A DNA stretch of 62,000 nt, taken from positions 82,001-144,000 of the forward strand of contig NW_008806276.1 in NCBI RefSeq assembly GCF_000400465.1. The letters are read 5' to 3'. The translations under genes and the position numbers were made by a program. Below, piece after piece: positions 1 to 10,490 of the stretch. Below the pieces are notes generated by a model, which was given only the letters and a program-made list of their open reading frames with translations, did not search any database and was not told the origin of the DNA. This DNA comes from Wallemia ichthyophaga EXF-994 (Eukaryota; Fungi; Basidiomycota). How positions within the stretch are numbered: position 1 is the first letter of the stretch; each line of letters opens with the position of its first letter.

Positions 1-941
1 CCGACATGAAACAAGAGCACTACAACGACAAAAAGCAAGACAATCACTACGACACCAGTAAGAAACAAGATTCTGGCAAGCACGATACCGACATGAAACA
101 AGAGCACTACAACGACAAAAAGCAAGACAATCACTACGACACCAGTAAGAAACAAGATTCTGGCAAGCACGATACCGACATGAAACAAGAGCACTACAAC
201 GACAAAAAGCAAGACAATCACTACGACACCAGTAAGAAACAAGATTCTGGCAAGCACGATACCGACATGAAACAAGAGCACTACAACGACAAAAAGCAAG
301 ACAATCACTACGACACCAGTAAGAAACAAGATTCTGGCAAGCACGATACCGACATGAAACAAGAGCACTACAACGACAAAAAGCAAGACAATCACTACGA
401 CACCAGTAAGAAACAAGATTCTGGCAAGCACGATACCGACATGAAACAAGAGCACTACAACGACAAAAAGCAAGACAATCACTACGACACCAGTAAGAAA
501 CAAGATTCTGGCAAGCACGATACCGACATGAAACAAGAGCACTACAACGACAAAAAGCAAGACAATCACTACGACACCAGTAAGAAACAAGATTCTGGCA
601 AGCACGATACCGACATGAAACAAGAGCACTACAACGACAAAAAGCAAGACAATCACTACGACACCAGTAAGAAACAAGATTCTGGCAAGCACGATACCGA
701 CATGAAACAAGAGCACTACAACGACAAAAAGCAAGACAATCACTACGACACCAGTAAGAAACAAGATTCTGGCAAGCACGATACCGACATGAAACAAGAG
801 CACTACAACGACAAAAAGCAAGACAATCACTACGACACCAGTAAGAAACAAGATTCTGGCAAGCACGATACCGACATGAAACAAGAACACGACAACGACA
901 AGAAGCAAGACAATCATTACGATACCGACAAGAAAGACTAA
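1..941 (+). CDS. Secreted 29-aa-repeat protein, copy 1 (5'-truncated by window edge)
   Basis: Open frame of (MKQEHYNDKKQDNHYDTSKKQDSGKHDTD)x10 plus a variant terminal unit, stop TAA at 939-941. Repeat unit and C-terminus match the signal-peptide gene at 4545-5178. Confidence 0.8.
   Translation, partial: DMKQEHYNDKKQDNHYDTSKKQDSGKHDTDMKQEHYNDKKQDNHYDTSKKQDSGKHDTDMKQEHYNDKKQDNHYDTSKKQDSGKHDTDMKQEHYNDKKQDNHYDTSKKQDSGKHDTDMKQEHYNDKKQDNHYDTSKKQDSGKHDTDMKQEHYNDKKQDNHYDTSKKQDSGKHDTDMKQEHYNDKKQDNHYDTSKKQDSGKHDTDMKQEHYNDKKQDNHYDTSKKQDSGKHDTDMKQEHYNDKKQDNHYDTSKKQDSGKHDTDMKQEHYNDKKQDNHYDTSKKQDSGKHDTDMKQEHDNDKKQDNHYDTDKKD
6..875 (+). repeat. Tandem array of 10 identical 87-bp units
   Basis: The ATG of each unit falls at 6, 93, 180 ... 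789, with a variant unit at 876. No substitutions seen between the units. Confidence 0.95.
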
Positions 942-1016
942 GCTTCGATTGTTTGTTAAGCTTATTGTACACTGTGTTCATGAATGATTCTATCATTGAA
1001 CAAAGATATTAATTTT
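876..1016 (+). repeat. Duplicated block (terminal repeat unit + 3' UTR), partner at 5113-5253
   Basis: Near-identical (about 3 mismatches) to 5113-5253. Identity stops abruptly after GATATTAATTTT. Confidence 0.9.
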
Positions 1017-1292
1017 GAGTATTCAGCAAGGTGCTTTGTTCTTTACCCCGATAGGGCCTCTCGCTTATCAAGCTATTCCAAAAATAAAATCTTACTTATC
1101 CCAGCTGAGTTTGAACCCTTCAAGTTTGTCTCCTTTGTTCCACACTCTCACTACCGTAATTGATCCCTAAATCCGTCTTATCCACCTTATTTAACACAAG
1201 ATACTTGACATGGACAAGCGAGATATCTAAGCGACCGTGACTATCTACCTATACAGTAATTCAAGACCACATCTAGCTCAAATAACATCGGG

Positions 1293-2483
1293 ATGAAGTT
1301 GGAATTAGTCGCGATAGCTGCAATTATTCAGTTTGTCTTAGCGAAAGAGCCCTGGGATGACTTTAAGCATATCAAGGCATCGTTATTTGCTAATATAGTC
1401 ACTTTTCACATTAAGAACACCATCATTGCTTGACGGACAAAAGTCAGAATTTTGATATTGCTGTTAATGGTATACCTTTTGATACAAGCGTGTCATACTG
1501 AACAGGGGCCAGATTCGGACCGAATAGTGAGCCAATTCCCAAGCTCGAATATATTGCTGATTTGCTTAGGCATTAGTCAGGGATCACGTCACCAAGACCC
1601 AGCAAATGCATGGTCGCACTTCTGGGAGGCCAACCCTTACGCGAAAGGGGTCAAAATTTTAGACTGTGGGGATATTCCAGTGATTACAGTAGACAACCAG
1701 ATGTCATAAAAAAGCACCGAAGCTGCGCACGACAATCTTCTCAATCGACCAACTGCAAGTAAGCATCTAAAGCATCCAATGCTACTCACATTTGGAGGTG
1801 ACCACTCAATTGAGTTGCCAATTCTGCGTACTCTAAAAAAGGCGCGTAATCCGCGCTATTCATCGAAGTACATTTCCCGACACTCATCTCTAGGTACACG
1901 GTCCTATATCGCTTATTCAGATCGACTCTCATATCGATACATGGTCTTCAGGCAAAAAGTATGGGTTCAGTGATAAGCACGACACAGCACCTGTCTCTCA
2001 TGGCAACATGCTTTGGCATGCGTCGGAGGAAAATTTGCTTACCTCGAGATCGATCCAAGCTGGAATAAGGACGCGTTTTACAAAAGAAAGGGATATTACA
2101 GATAATAAAGAGTTTGGTATAAAAATGATCACGATCGATGCTATAGATGAAATCGGTGCAAAGGGAATTGCAGATCAAATTAGAAAAAGGGTCGGCAATA
2201 CGGCAGCCTATTTGACAATTGATATAGACTCAGTTGATCCTGCCTTTGCCGGCGCCACTGGAACACCCGAGCCTGGTGGGCTTACCACGCGCGAAGCCAA
2301 GACTATTTTAAGGAATCTGAAGGGTTTAAATTTTGTTGGGGCAGATATAGTCGAAGTTATTCACCATATGACGCTGGAAGTGAGCTAAGACAGATGGTCG
2401 CGGCTGATGTGGCACATGAAATTCTTCAATTACTGACTACGTCACCAATTATGGAATCCAGCGTAATTCACGATGAGTTGTGA
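1293..2483 (+). pseudogene. Agmatinase/arginase-family (ureohydrolase) pseudogene with signal peptide and C-terminal HDEL
   Basis: Motifs read across frames: PFDTSVSY*TGARFGP, DCGDIP, GGDHSI, IDSHID, TIDIDSVDP, GADIVEV, ending ..SSVIHDEL*. In-frame stops at 1499-1501 and 1707-1709, frameshifts near 1400, 1850 and 2360, and one intron donor degraded. Confidence 0.85.
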
Positions 2484-2980
2484 ATGCATTTAAATAAGCT
2501 TTCACTAATGATTTACGCTTCTAAAGGTCTCTTTTCGTATTTATTACATCACATAGCTAAGAAATGCACATCGATGCCCATATTTTGCCACTTATACGAC
2601 TTCCTACGAGCTTGTATGTCAAAAACAAGCAATCTAAATGCTGCTAAATTCAACACTTTCTATTCTCCATTTATTCAATGTCATATATGGAACTATCACC
2701 AGGAACTCACCAGGAATTCACCGATTAGGAAGGAAGATAAAGATATCTAGGCACTTCATTATCAAACCTACATGCAAGAATACTATCGCTTAATTTCCGT
2801 CGCTTAATTGACCTTCACATGATTTATTGACCAGAACATACAGTTGATAAGATGTCTGATAAGGCGTCGATAAGGATGAGGATAAGTAGGGTCGTTTTTT
2901 CAATAACTCTTCTTTCACCAATGAATAAAGAAGAAAAAAGGAGCCTTCCATAAACTCAGCGTGTTTTTTTTTTTTTAACA

Positions 2981-3530
2981 ATGCCGAGCCGGAGTCTTCA
3001 ACAAAAAGGGGCTCTCATACCAGCCGAAATCTGAATAGACGTCATATCCAAATTTACGGAATAGGTGGTGTGAGTTGAAAGAGAAAGGAAAGGATTGATT
3101 GCTGATCTAAAAAGGTTATTGGGACGGCGGTGATTGTCACACTAGGAGAACAGAACACAGAAGCAGGTGTGTTTGTCTCGCGTAAAAATAAAACCACTCA
3201 AAACTCACAGGACCGCTATTCTTGTTGCTGGCTTATACCTTCTGGAGCTGCATAATCTACATCGTGAATTAATGTGTAGCAGTGCCCACTTGTCGTCTAC
3301 CAGTAGAGAATGATGCATTTGTGGATTTCGCTGGTAATTATATATCACCAGCGTTTGGTGTGTCTATTGGGTACAATTACTTTTTGTGCATGGTGAGAGC
3401 TATTGATTGAAGTGTAATCACGTAACAACATCTTCAGATAGGTCTTCTCTGCTTTGAAATTACAAACTTCGGAAACGCTATCAACTACTGGACCACAGAG
3501 CCATTACACCCGGCTATAATGGTATCTGCG
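2981..3530 (+). pseudogene. Truncated amino-acid permease (APC/YAT family) pseudogene
   Basis: Spliced reading: LNRRHIQIYGIGG|VIGTAVIVTLG..AG|PLFLLLAYTFWSCIIYIVN*..FVDFAGNYISPAFGVSIGYNYF|..EITNFGNAINYW. This matches the N-terminal TMs of Gap1/Dip5-type permeases. Three GT-AG introns, stop at 3270-3272, remainder absent. Confidence 0.75.
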
Positions 3531-4112
3531 AGTGAACTGGAATCTTGCAATCCCTTCAATATCTAGCTTACCTTCGAAAAATAACTGACTACCTCCGCAA
3601 GGACTTTTGCTCAAATCAATAGTCTTATCTGAGTGATCATTAAGTACGGCGTATCCATGCCAACTATCGTCAAACTTTTGCTTTATACATTTAGTAGACC
3701 CCCTCGGTTTCTCGTTTGTTAACTTGTGGTTCATCGCACTTGATATCTTTTCCAAATGTGGATACTTGGTACATGAATTTTCCACGTAGAATTTGTAAGT
3801 GTTGTCTGATATTGCCGTTTCAATCACATTACATCTATATGTATACCAATCATAGATGGCAATGCCACTGTCATACGCAGCTCTCAGACCAAATGACAAG
3901 ATTCCGATAGAGAACCAGATTGGAACCTGATGCGTTGGAGAGCTATTGACAGGCAAATATTTAGGAAAAACCACGCGCATACTTTGAGATATAGAGTAAA
4001 AAATAGAAACATTTTCGAATGTCAAGCATTCATTATGAATGAAGTAGTTAGTGATAAGCTTGAGAAATAATGCTGCGCAATTGATGGCTATGACTTTGTG
4101 AATCGTTACCAT
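3504..4112 (-). CDS. Small Cys-containing putative secreted protein, CSS2 (YFR020W)/Klus-killer-toxin-like C-terminal domain
   Basis: 202-aa ORF with a hydrophobic N-terminus and an internal hydrophobic helix. C-terminal pattern C..Y.FY...SC......IS.A....L.....C......SWHGY......CGG resembles the CSS2-type domain (recognised by eye). Confidence 0.55.
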   Translation of the reverse strand: MVTIHKVIAINCAALFLKLITNYFIHNECLTFENVSIFYSISQSMRVVFPKYLPVNSSPTHQVPIWFSIGILSFGLRAAYDSGIAIYDWYTYRCNVIETAISDNTYKFYVENSCTKYPHLEKISSAMNHKLTNEKPRGSTKCIKQKFDDSWHGYAVLNDHSDKTIDLSKSPCGGSQLFFEGKLDIEGIARFQFTRRYHYSRV

Positions 4113-4544
4113 ATGATGAGAGTTGAGAGGATAGGACGCGACAGTGGATAGGCTGCTCGAAAGATTTCAATAATGATAACATTTCGTCTTTGACATTAAT
4201 TCTGATTACTTACTGAACACCCACTTCCAACTCCCAAACCTCTAGATGAGACGCTTCAATTTTAAACTTAGAATTCCATAAACCGTAATTGTTTATTCAA
4301 TTTACTTGAAGCTCCTCCGGCTGAAACTTTGTGTCATTTTGTCTACGACAACAGGAAACGCCCAATATTGAGACAATGACGCATTAAAGTACACGCCTTT
4401 TTATTTGTTTACAAGCTTCAGCCGAATCACTTGGCAGTTTCATTAAATGACGAGATGTGATGATAGAAGTGAGAAACATCAGCCCAGCTGGCTTTATAAG
4501 AAGCGCTATATCTTTCTTTCTTCTTCACAACTAAGAAAATTGAA

Positions 4545-5178
4545 ATGTACTTCAACAACGTCAAAGCTCTCGCCGTTCTCGCCTTTACTAGCGCCATCGT
4601 ATTAGTAGCCGCTGCACCTAACCCAGCTGGCAACATCTCGTATCGCGGAGATGTAGGAGATGTCGGTCACAAGAATGAAAACTCTGAAAAGGGTGTGGAT
4701 GCCAAGAACAACGATAATTACGACAAATACGATAAGCAAGACAAGGAATCTCACGAAGAGGCGCTCAAGAAGCACAGCAAAGAGGTCGAAAAGCAGAAAA
4801 TGCTGACGAAAGAAGCTGCCGAAAAGAACAAAGCAAATGACAAGGTTGGTAATGACGAAGCTTGCTGAAAATTGGCTTACACAGTAATAGAACCAGAAGA
4901 CAGACGAGTACTGGAAGGGTGAGAAGAAAGATGACAACACGTACGACAACAAGTCTGGTAATAAGAAGCAAGACAATCAGTACGACACCAGTAAGAAACA
5001 AGATTCTGGCAAGCACGATACCGACATGAAACAAGAGCACTACAACGACAAAAAGCAAGACAATCACTACGACACCAGTAAGAAACAAGATTCTGGCAAG
5101 CACGATACCGACATGAAACAAGAACACGACAACGACAAGAAGCAAGACAATCACTACGATACCGACAAGAAAGACTAA
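4545..5178 (+). CDS. Secreted 29-aa-repeat protein, copy 2 (~195 aa)
   Basis: Signal peptide MYFNNVKALAVLAFTSAIVLVAA|APNP. Intron 4845-4890 (GTTGGT..TAG) joins in frame to NQKTDEYW...(repeat)...DTDKKD*. TATA-like TATAAG at ~4495. Confidence 0.85.
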
Positions 5179-6314
5179 GCTTCGATTGTTTGTTAAGCTT
5201 ATTGTACACTGTGTTCATACATGATTCTATCATTGAACAAAGATATTAATTTTAGTATCGATAAGAACCTGCTTATCAAATAAATCTTCACATTTCCGAT
5301 GTATGAACCTCCCACCTGCGCAGTGATATCTGAGTTATCTATTCTCTAGGATGATTTGGGTGGCAGGTTTGAAGCTATTGAGTATTGCGCTAAGTCTGAG
5401 ATCAGTTTTACCATTCTGAAGCATTTGTTTGTCTGACAATCGGTGTTGATAAATCCTCGTTCATGTGAATCTCAATCCTGCGAATTAAAATCCATGCCAG
5501 TCAATGGAACGAAGGGAGCTCAGCCAACAGCTTTCTGTACACCACAAGCTGTACTTTATTATTGCAATTCCGACAGCGGGGCATTTCACCATCAACGCGC
5601 GTCTTATTATCGTTAAGCCTAACTATCACAGTCATTCTATCCAGACTCAGCTCATCAATATCACCCTTCACGAATTGGTCATGGATTAGCCCAATGAAGA
5701 ATTCTATCTCAGATATATGGCACCGATAGTGTAAAAACGGTAAAAAAATAGTCAAAAGCGAATGTTGCGCTAATGTGTATCGAAAAAGTTGCAACATTGT
5801 ATCGCATGTTATAAATCACAATCACGTTTGAGATTGTGTCAAGTGATGCCACTTTAATAGCATCAAGAATTATACATGGAAATTATGTTGGTAGAATGAA
5901 GTACAAAACGAGAATGCTCTACTTATTTTACTTAAATTTGGAAAATTTAAAATCCGAAACACTGAGACGAGGCAACCAATTTCCGAAATGGTAATCGCCG
6001 AAGGAAGACGAATAAGGAAATGAGCGATTCAATGAGCGGCGGAAGTCCTTCTTTAGCTCCACCATCAAGCTCATGCTCAAAGACAACAAGTGCAAGGTTG
6101 AGCAGGAAAGGGAGAGTCCGCCGCCATACTGCAGTATCTCAGAGTACAAACATATGCTGAGGGTGAAAGCGGAGATGATCAGTCCTGTGAAGCTTGTGGA
6201 CAAAATTCCGACTAATATGAAGTACGTAGTGTACATCTATGGCAATGAGGCTAATGAGGCTTGCTAGTAGTACATGTAATGCGAATATATAATACAACGC
6301 CATCTATAATCAAT

Positions 6315-7668
6315 CTACTCCGGCTCGTTACCGGGAGAGAGATACTGCAGCTCTAATCCAATGCTCTGAACGGGTTTGTGAGGGTTGCTGAGGTCGGCGA
6401 CGAGACCGAGGGAAATGAGGAGGGACTTGAGTCTCCCTGCGTATTGAAGTGCTACTGACTGCAAAGGGAAATTAGTTAGTGTGTCTCAAAACACCCCCTG
6501 ACTCACCTTCTCTGTCGTGATTCTAGCTTTCACGTAGCCCTGAATGGGGTCTTTCTCGTCTATGGCTGTAGAAGCCGACAGAGGGATAGAGTTAACTGCA
6601 TTAGGTTTGAGTTTGAGTTCCTGCGAGTTCTCATCCCAATAAGTGTCATCGTCATTCCTCTCCTGCTCCCTCTCGCCCTCTTCGCTGCGGTGGATGGCCC
6701 ACTCAGCGCCAAGCGTGGTGACGCTCTCGTACGAAAATAGATTGAACTCAAACCGCGATGCCAGTGACAGACCACGCGCCACGGTCGCCGCGTATGTCCC
6801 GCTGAGGTATCCGGTGATGGGGCTGAGGAGTGCAACGAGGACGGTCGGCGGAGAGTGAGTGTCGGGGAGTGTCTGGAAGCGGAGACCTGTTGATACTGCG
6901 AGAGTGTGAGTGGGGTGTACCGTTTTTTAAAAAAAGCTACCCACCACCTGCTGACTTTTCGAGTGCGGATGCGTAGATTTCACCGCCGAGACTGAAATGT
7001 CCTTTGAGACCACCGGAACCATCGTCGTCAGGTTCTTCGTCTATGCGTGCTGTGTGTGGGGTGGATGGGGAGTGGGAGCTTTCGACACCCTTATCAATCA
7101 GACCAAAGTGAAAGAGAGAAGACGCGGATGCCATCCCGTCAGCCACTGAATAGGCCAATTCACTGGCATACTCCCCTTTGTCCTTTTGGTAGGTGATGTA
7201 CATTTCACTTGGCTCGTCGCGGGTTGGCGGGCGGGGATGGGATATGCTGGATACGAGGAGCTGCGAGTGGGGGCTGAGTCTGCGTGTATAGAGGGAATGT
7301 AAGCGTGAGGATGGGAGGTGTAGCTGGCCGTAGAGAAGGTAATGGTTGTGTGTGCTGGTCGGTACCTTTGGGAGGGCAGAAATGTTGAAGTTGTGGACAA
7401 GTGAGTGCAGCGTTGGTTTCTGGCGGGGCAAATCGGTTGAGCTGGCTAGATACGCAAGTGAGCCAGTGAGCGATGGCAGTATAGACAAGCTGCAGCTGCT
7501 AGCGAATGATTGCGTTGGGCATGAGGAGAGTGAGATTGAAAGTGCAGATGGCGGCGCAAAATCGAGAATGGCTGCAGATGCCCTATTTAGATTTGAATAT
7601 TGAGCATCTGGATTCCAATCTGTAGCCATGAAATAGCTGCGTAGAATATATTCAGCGTAATTGATCAT
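6315..7668 (-). CDS. MDM10: Mitochondrial distribution and morphology protein 10 (ERMES/SAM beta-barrel)
   Basis: MINYAEYILRSYFMATDWN..YSNL, LLYGQLHLPSSRLHSLYTRRLSP, LASRFEFNLFSYES and C-terminal IGLELQY. Two introns. Confidence 0.9.
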
Positions 7669-7691
7669 GACTGTTGTTAAGAAGAACAATC

Positions 7692-9714
7692 ATGAGATGC
7701 CCAATCTGCAGAACGCGGAGATGGACAAAGGATCCTTCGTCTGGGCATGTAATGTGCGTTGAGGGACACATACATGAGGTTATTATGGCGCATCTCTCCA
7801 ACTCCAATCACTTACGTCTCTCAGGGCTTCCGCAACGAGACGCAGGAAGATGGCGCGATAAGGCATCAAGCACAGCAGCGATACATAAAAAAAGGCAGAC
7901 AAGTGCGCAAGAAAGTACTCAAAAGCCATGCTTGTCAGTGCGTACACTAGACTATCCACCTTATCTAATCCCGCTGCAGGGTACTCTGGCGACAAGCTTC
8001 GATTTCTGCATCTTCAAGCCCAGCAGTTGATTCTACGCAGGCAAGTGGAATGTTTGATTGCTATCTGGGGGCTACCCAACGAGTTTGAGGTACGCTGGGT
8101 TGTAAATACCACGCAAACCACGCAAACCACTCACATTCTCTAGATCGTCATACGCGACCTCTGGGCTCTCAGAGTATCCCTCCTCAAAGACCTCGTAGCC
8201 GCTCCTATTGAAATGGCACGCAGGCGGAGCACGCACGAACAAACCGACGACGAGGACGATAAGGAGGACGATAAGGAGGATAGTAAAGAGGACACGAAAC
8301 ACGACGATAAAGAAGAACCCAGCGATAACTCCGATGACGCACTCGAAGACCCCGATGAAATGCTCGGCAATCTCGAAACCCCACCTTCAGACGAAGACAT
8401 GAACCAGCCTCAGACTATGGAGGAGGCACTCGAAGCAGCTAACCGGGTAAAAACGACACGCCGTGTACAAAGTGCAGTGGATGAATTCAGCATGATATGG
8501 CTATTAGCCGTGCTGAATTTGGGATTCTGGACACTCCGCTTGCCCGTCTTCCACCTCGACTTTAAGGCAGCCTTGCAAGACCGGCGTGTGCCATACATGG
8601 ATGCTCTTGCATACCTCCCTGAACCCATCAAAGCGCGTCTCAACCCGAGCTCACGCACGTCTTTCCAAGCAGAGGTGAGCGTTGCCTGGATTTTTAGGTA
8701 GCTCGAAAAAAACACTCACACGCTCTAGACCCTTCCATCTCTGCGCAAAGTACACCGCGCATCTATCTACCTCGCCAGACAGATGCGGGAGCGATACGCG
8801 GTGACGTTCAGTGACTACAACGTGACACCAGTTTTATGGCGCTGCGTACATGATCTTGGTTTGCCACCGACTATGCACACGCTTTGCATGGAGATGGTGC
8901 AGCGCATCGGCATCAGCTTCTCTCTCCTCCCCCACCACCGCATGGGCAAGCGCAGCAAACACAGGAAGGGCGAAGCTTGCGCTCCTGAAATTATTGCTAT
9001 GGCTGTTGTTGTCTCCGTGTGCACCCTCGTGTATAACTTAGACAACGAGGTGACTGACCAGCCCCGAATAAGGAGCCTTCTCGACAAGAACAAGTGGATT
9101 ATGTCGCTAGATAAACACTTCAAACTTTCGGATAGTATCTTGAATGACCAGGTGTAAGTGGGAGTGGGAGTTTAGACAGTCAGTTCATTCATTCTCACAA
9201 ACACCCCACAGGCAAATCATAGACGCTACAGACGAACAGGTAGACGATTTTCTCGATTACATGGAACGGACTGTCCCAGTGGCAGACGAGGACACAATTA
9301 GAAGTGAGTAATGCAGCACACACAGTGCGATTCAAAACCTAACAAACCGCAGCCTGGCCACCGCTAGCCGACGAACTTAGACGCACGGGCGACCCTCACC
9401 GCATACCTGCCGTTAAACAAGACAGTAATTGGTTTCACAGCCTCTACGAAGATCGCATCCCTCTCGACGCATACCCAGCCCAGCCTGAGGCCAACCTGGT
9501 CCGCTCCTACCATACCTCTGATAGAATGGGCGACTATCCCATCCTTTACGACAGACTACTCAAGGCATCCGCTAAGGCCATAGGGGTATCCCATCCAGAG
9601 GAAATTGCTCACACTGTCGAAATGTTTCACAAAAGACTAGGGCTAGCCAGCAAGCAAACCAGTTCGAGGAGAACTAGCGTTGCGTCAGAAGGAGGGATTA
9701 ACATGTACTTTTAA
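7692..9714 (+). CDS. RRN7: RNA polymerase I core-factor subunit Rrn7/TAF1B
   Basis: N-terminal Zn ribbon MRCPICRTRRWTKDPSSGHVMCVEGH. About five GT-AG introns link the ORF pieces at 7692, 8213, 8783 and 9526. Confidence 0.85.
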
Positions 9715-10069
9715 ACCTACTATTAGGGTGTGTAGTAAGAGTGTAAGATACAAGAAATTGATATTAGACTGTTCAAAAAGAAACAAGACATTGACTGCCG
9801 CAATTGACATATCTCAAAATCTAGTGAGCGTGCTCGACGGTATAAAATGCGCGTTTTCTTTTAGCAGATTCAAGCAATTGGTACTTTTACATGGCCCAAG
9901 CTATCACTATCGCACGTGTACATGTCAGCATGAAACTTTTAGCTGTACAAGACAATAGAACGTCTAGATATTACCACCTATAGTTATTCATTTTAAGCCT
10001 CAAAGGCAACCTGCTAATGACAAAGTGAGTGAGAAGCGATGTATGTCATATACTGATAATTTGAACAAT

Positions 10070-10490
10070 CTAACAAGACCATCAGATTCAAAGCACCTTC
10101 AGCATTCCAAACTTATCTGCAACTTAACCTTCCGATCCATGTACGCCGAGTTGAGTTTCTCCCCTACCACCCACCTCATCTCAAGTGTCTGATTTTCGAC
10201 TTGTGATAATCTCCAAATAAAAAAGCTTGATAAATAGCCCTGAATGAGCTTGACAAATTTCGCCAGATTTATATCCCTGAGGCTCAAACTCATCTCTGTA
10301 GGCTATTCGGAAGCTAACCTAAGTAGACGCCGCTCTGTCTTTTCAAAGCCTTTGTCGATTTTGTCTTCCAGGGCCTGCGCTCGTTTGAGTGATGATTACT
10401 TCAATGTATTTTCATAATCCTCGTTGTTAAAATTATCAATTTCTAGCGCGAGCTTGCTAAGGAGGTTTTCCGTATCTGCCGAACGCCTAA
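10070..10490 (-). pseudogene. Decayed coding relic of unknown family (related to the relic at 41257-41802)
   Basis: Long frame with scattered stops (LALEIDNF..TLK*SSLKRAQALEDKIDKGFEKTERRLLRLASE*PTEMSL..QGYLSSFFIWR). Shares an ~35-bp segment with ~41640-41675. Confidence 0.4.

Noticed and set aside
6-875. 87-bp array as a CRISPR array or telomeric repeat
   Set aside because: No spacers; the unit is a multiple of 3, in frame and part of a protein-coding paralog pair.
3943-3982. GTATGC..TAG candidate intron in the CSS2-like gene
   Set aside because: Removing it (or using the next AG) shifts the frame into an early stop, while the unspliced ORF is continuous.
5300-6300. Short ORFs (5501-5797, 5504-5689, 5928-6236, 6073-6267)
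   Set aside because: No recognisable motif or consistent splice model; could be debris, but unsupported.
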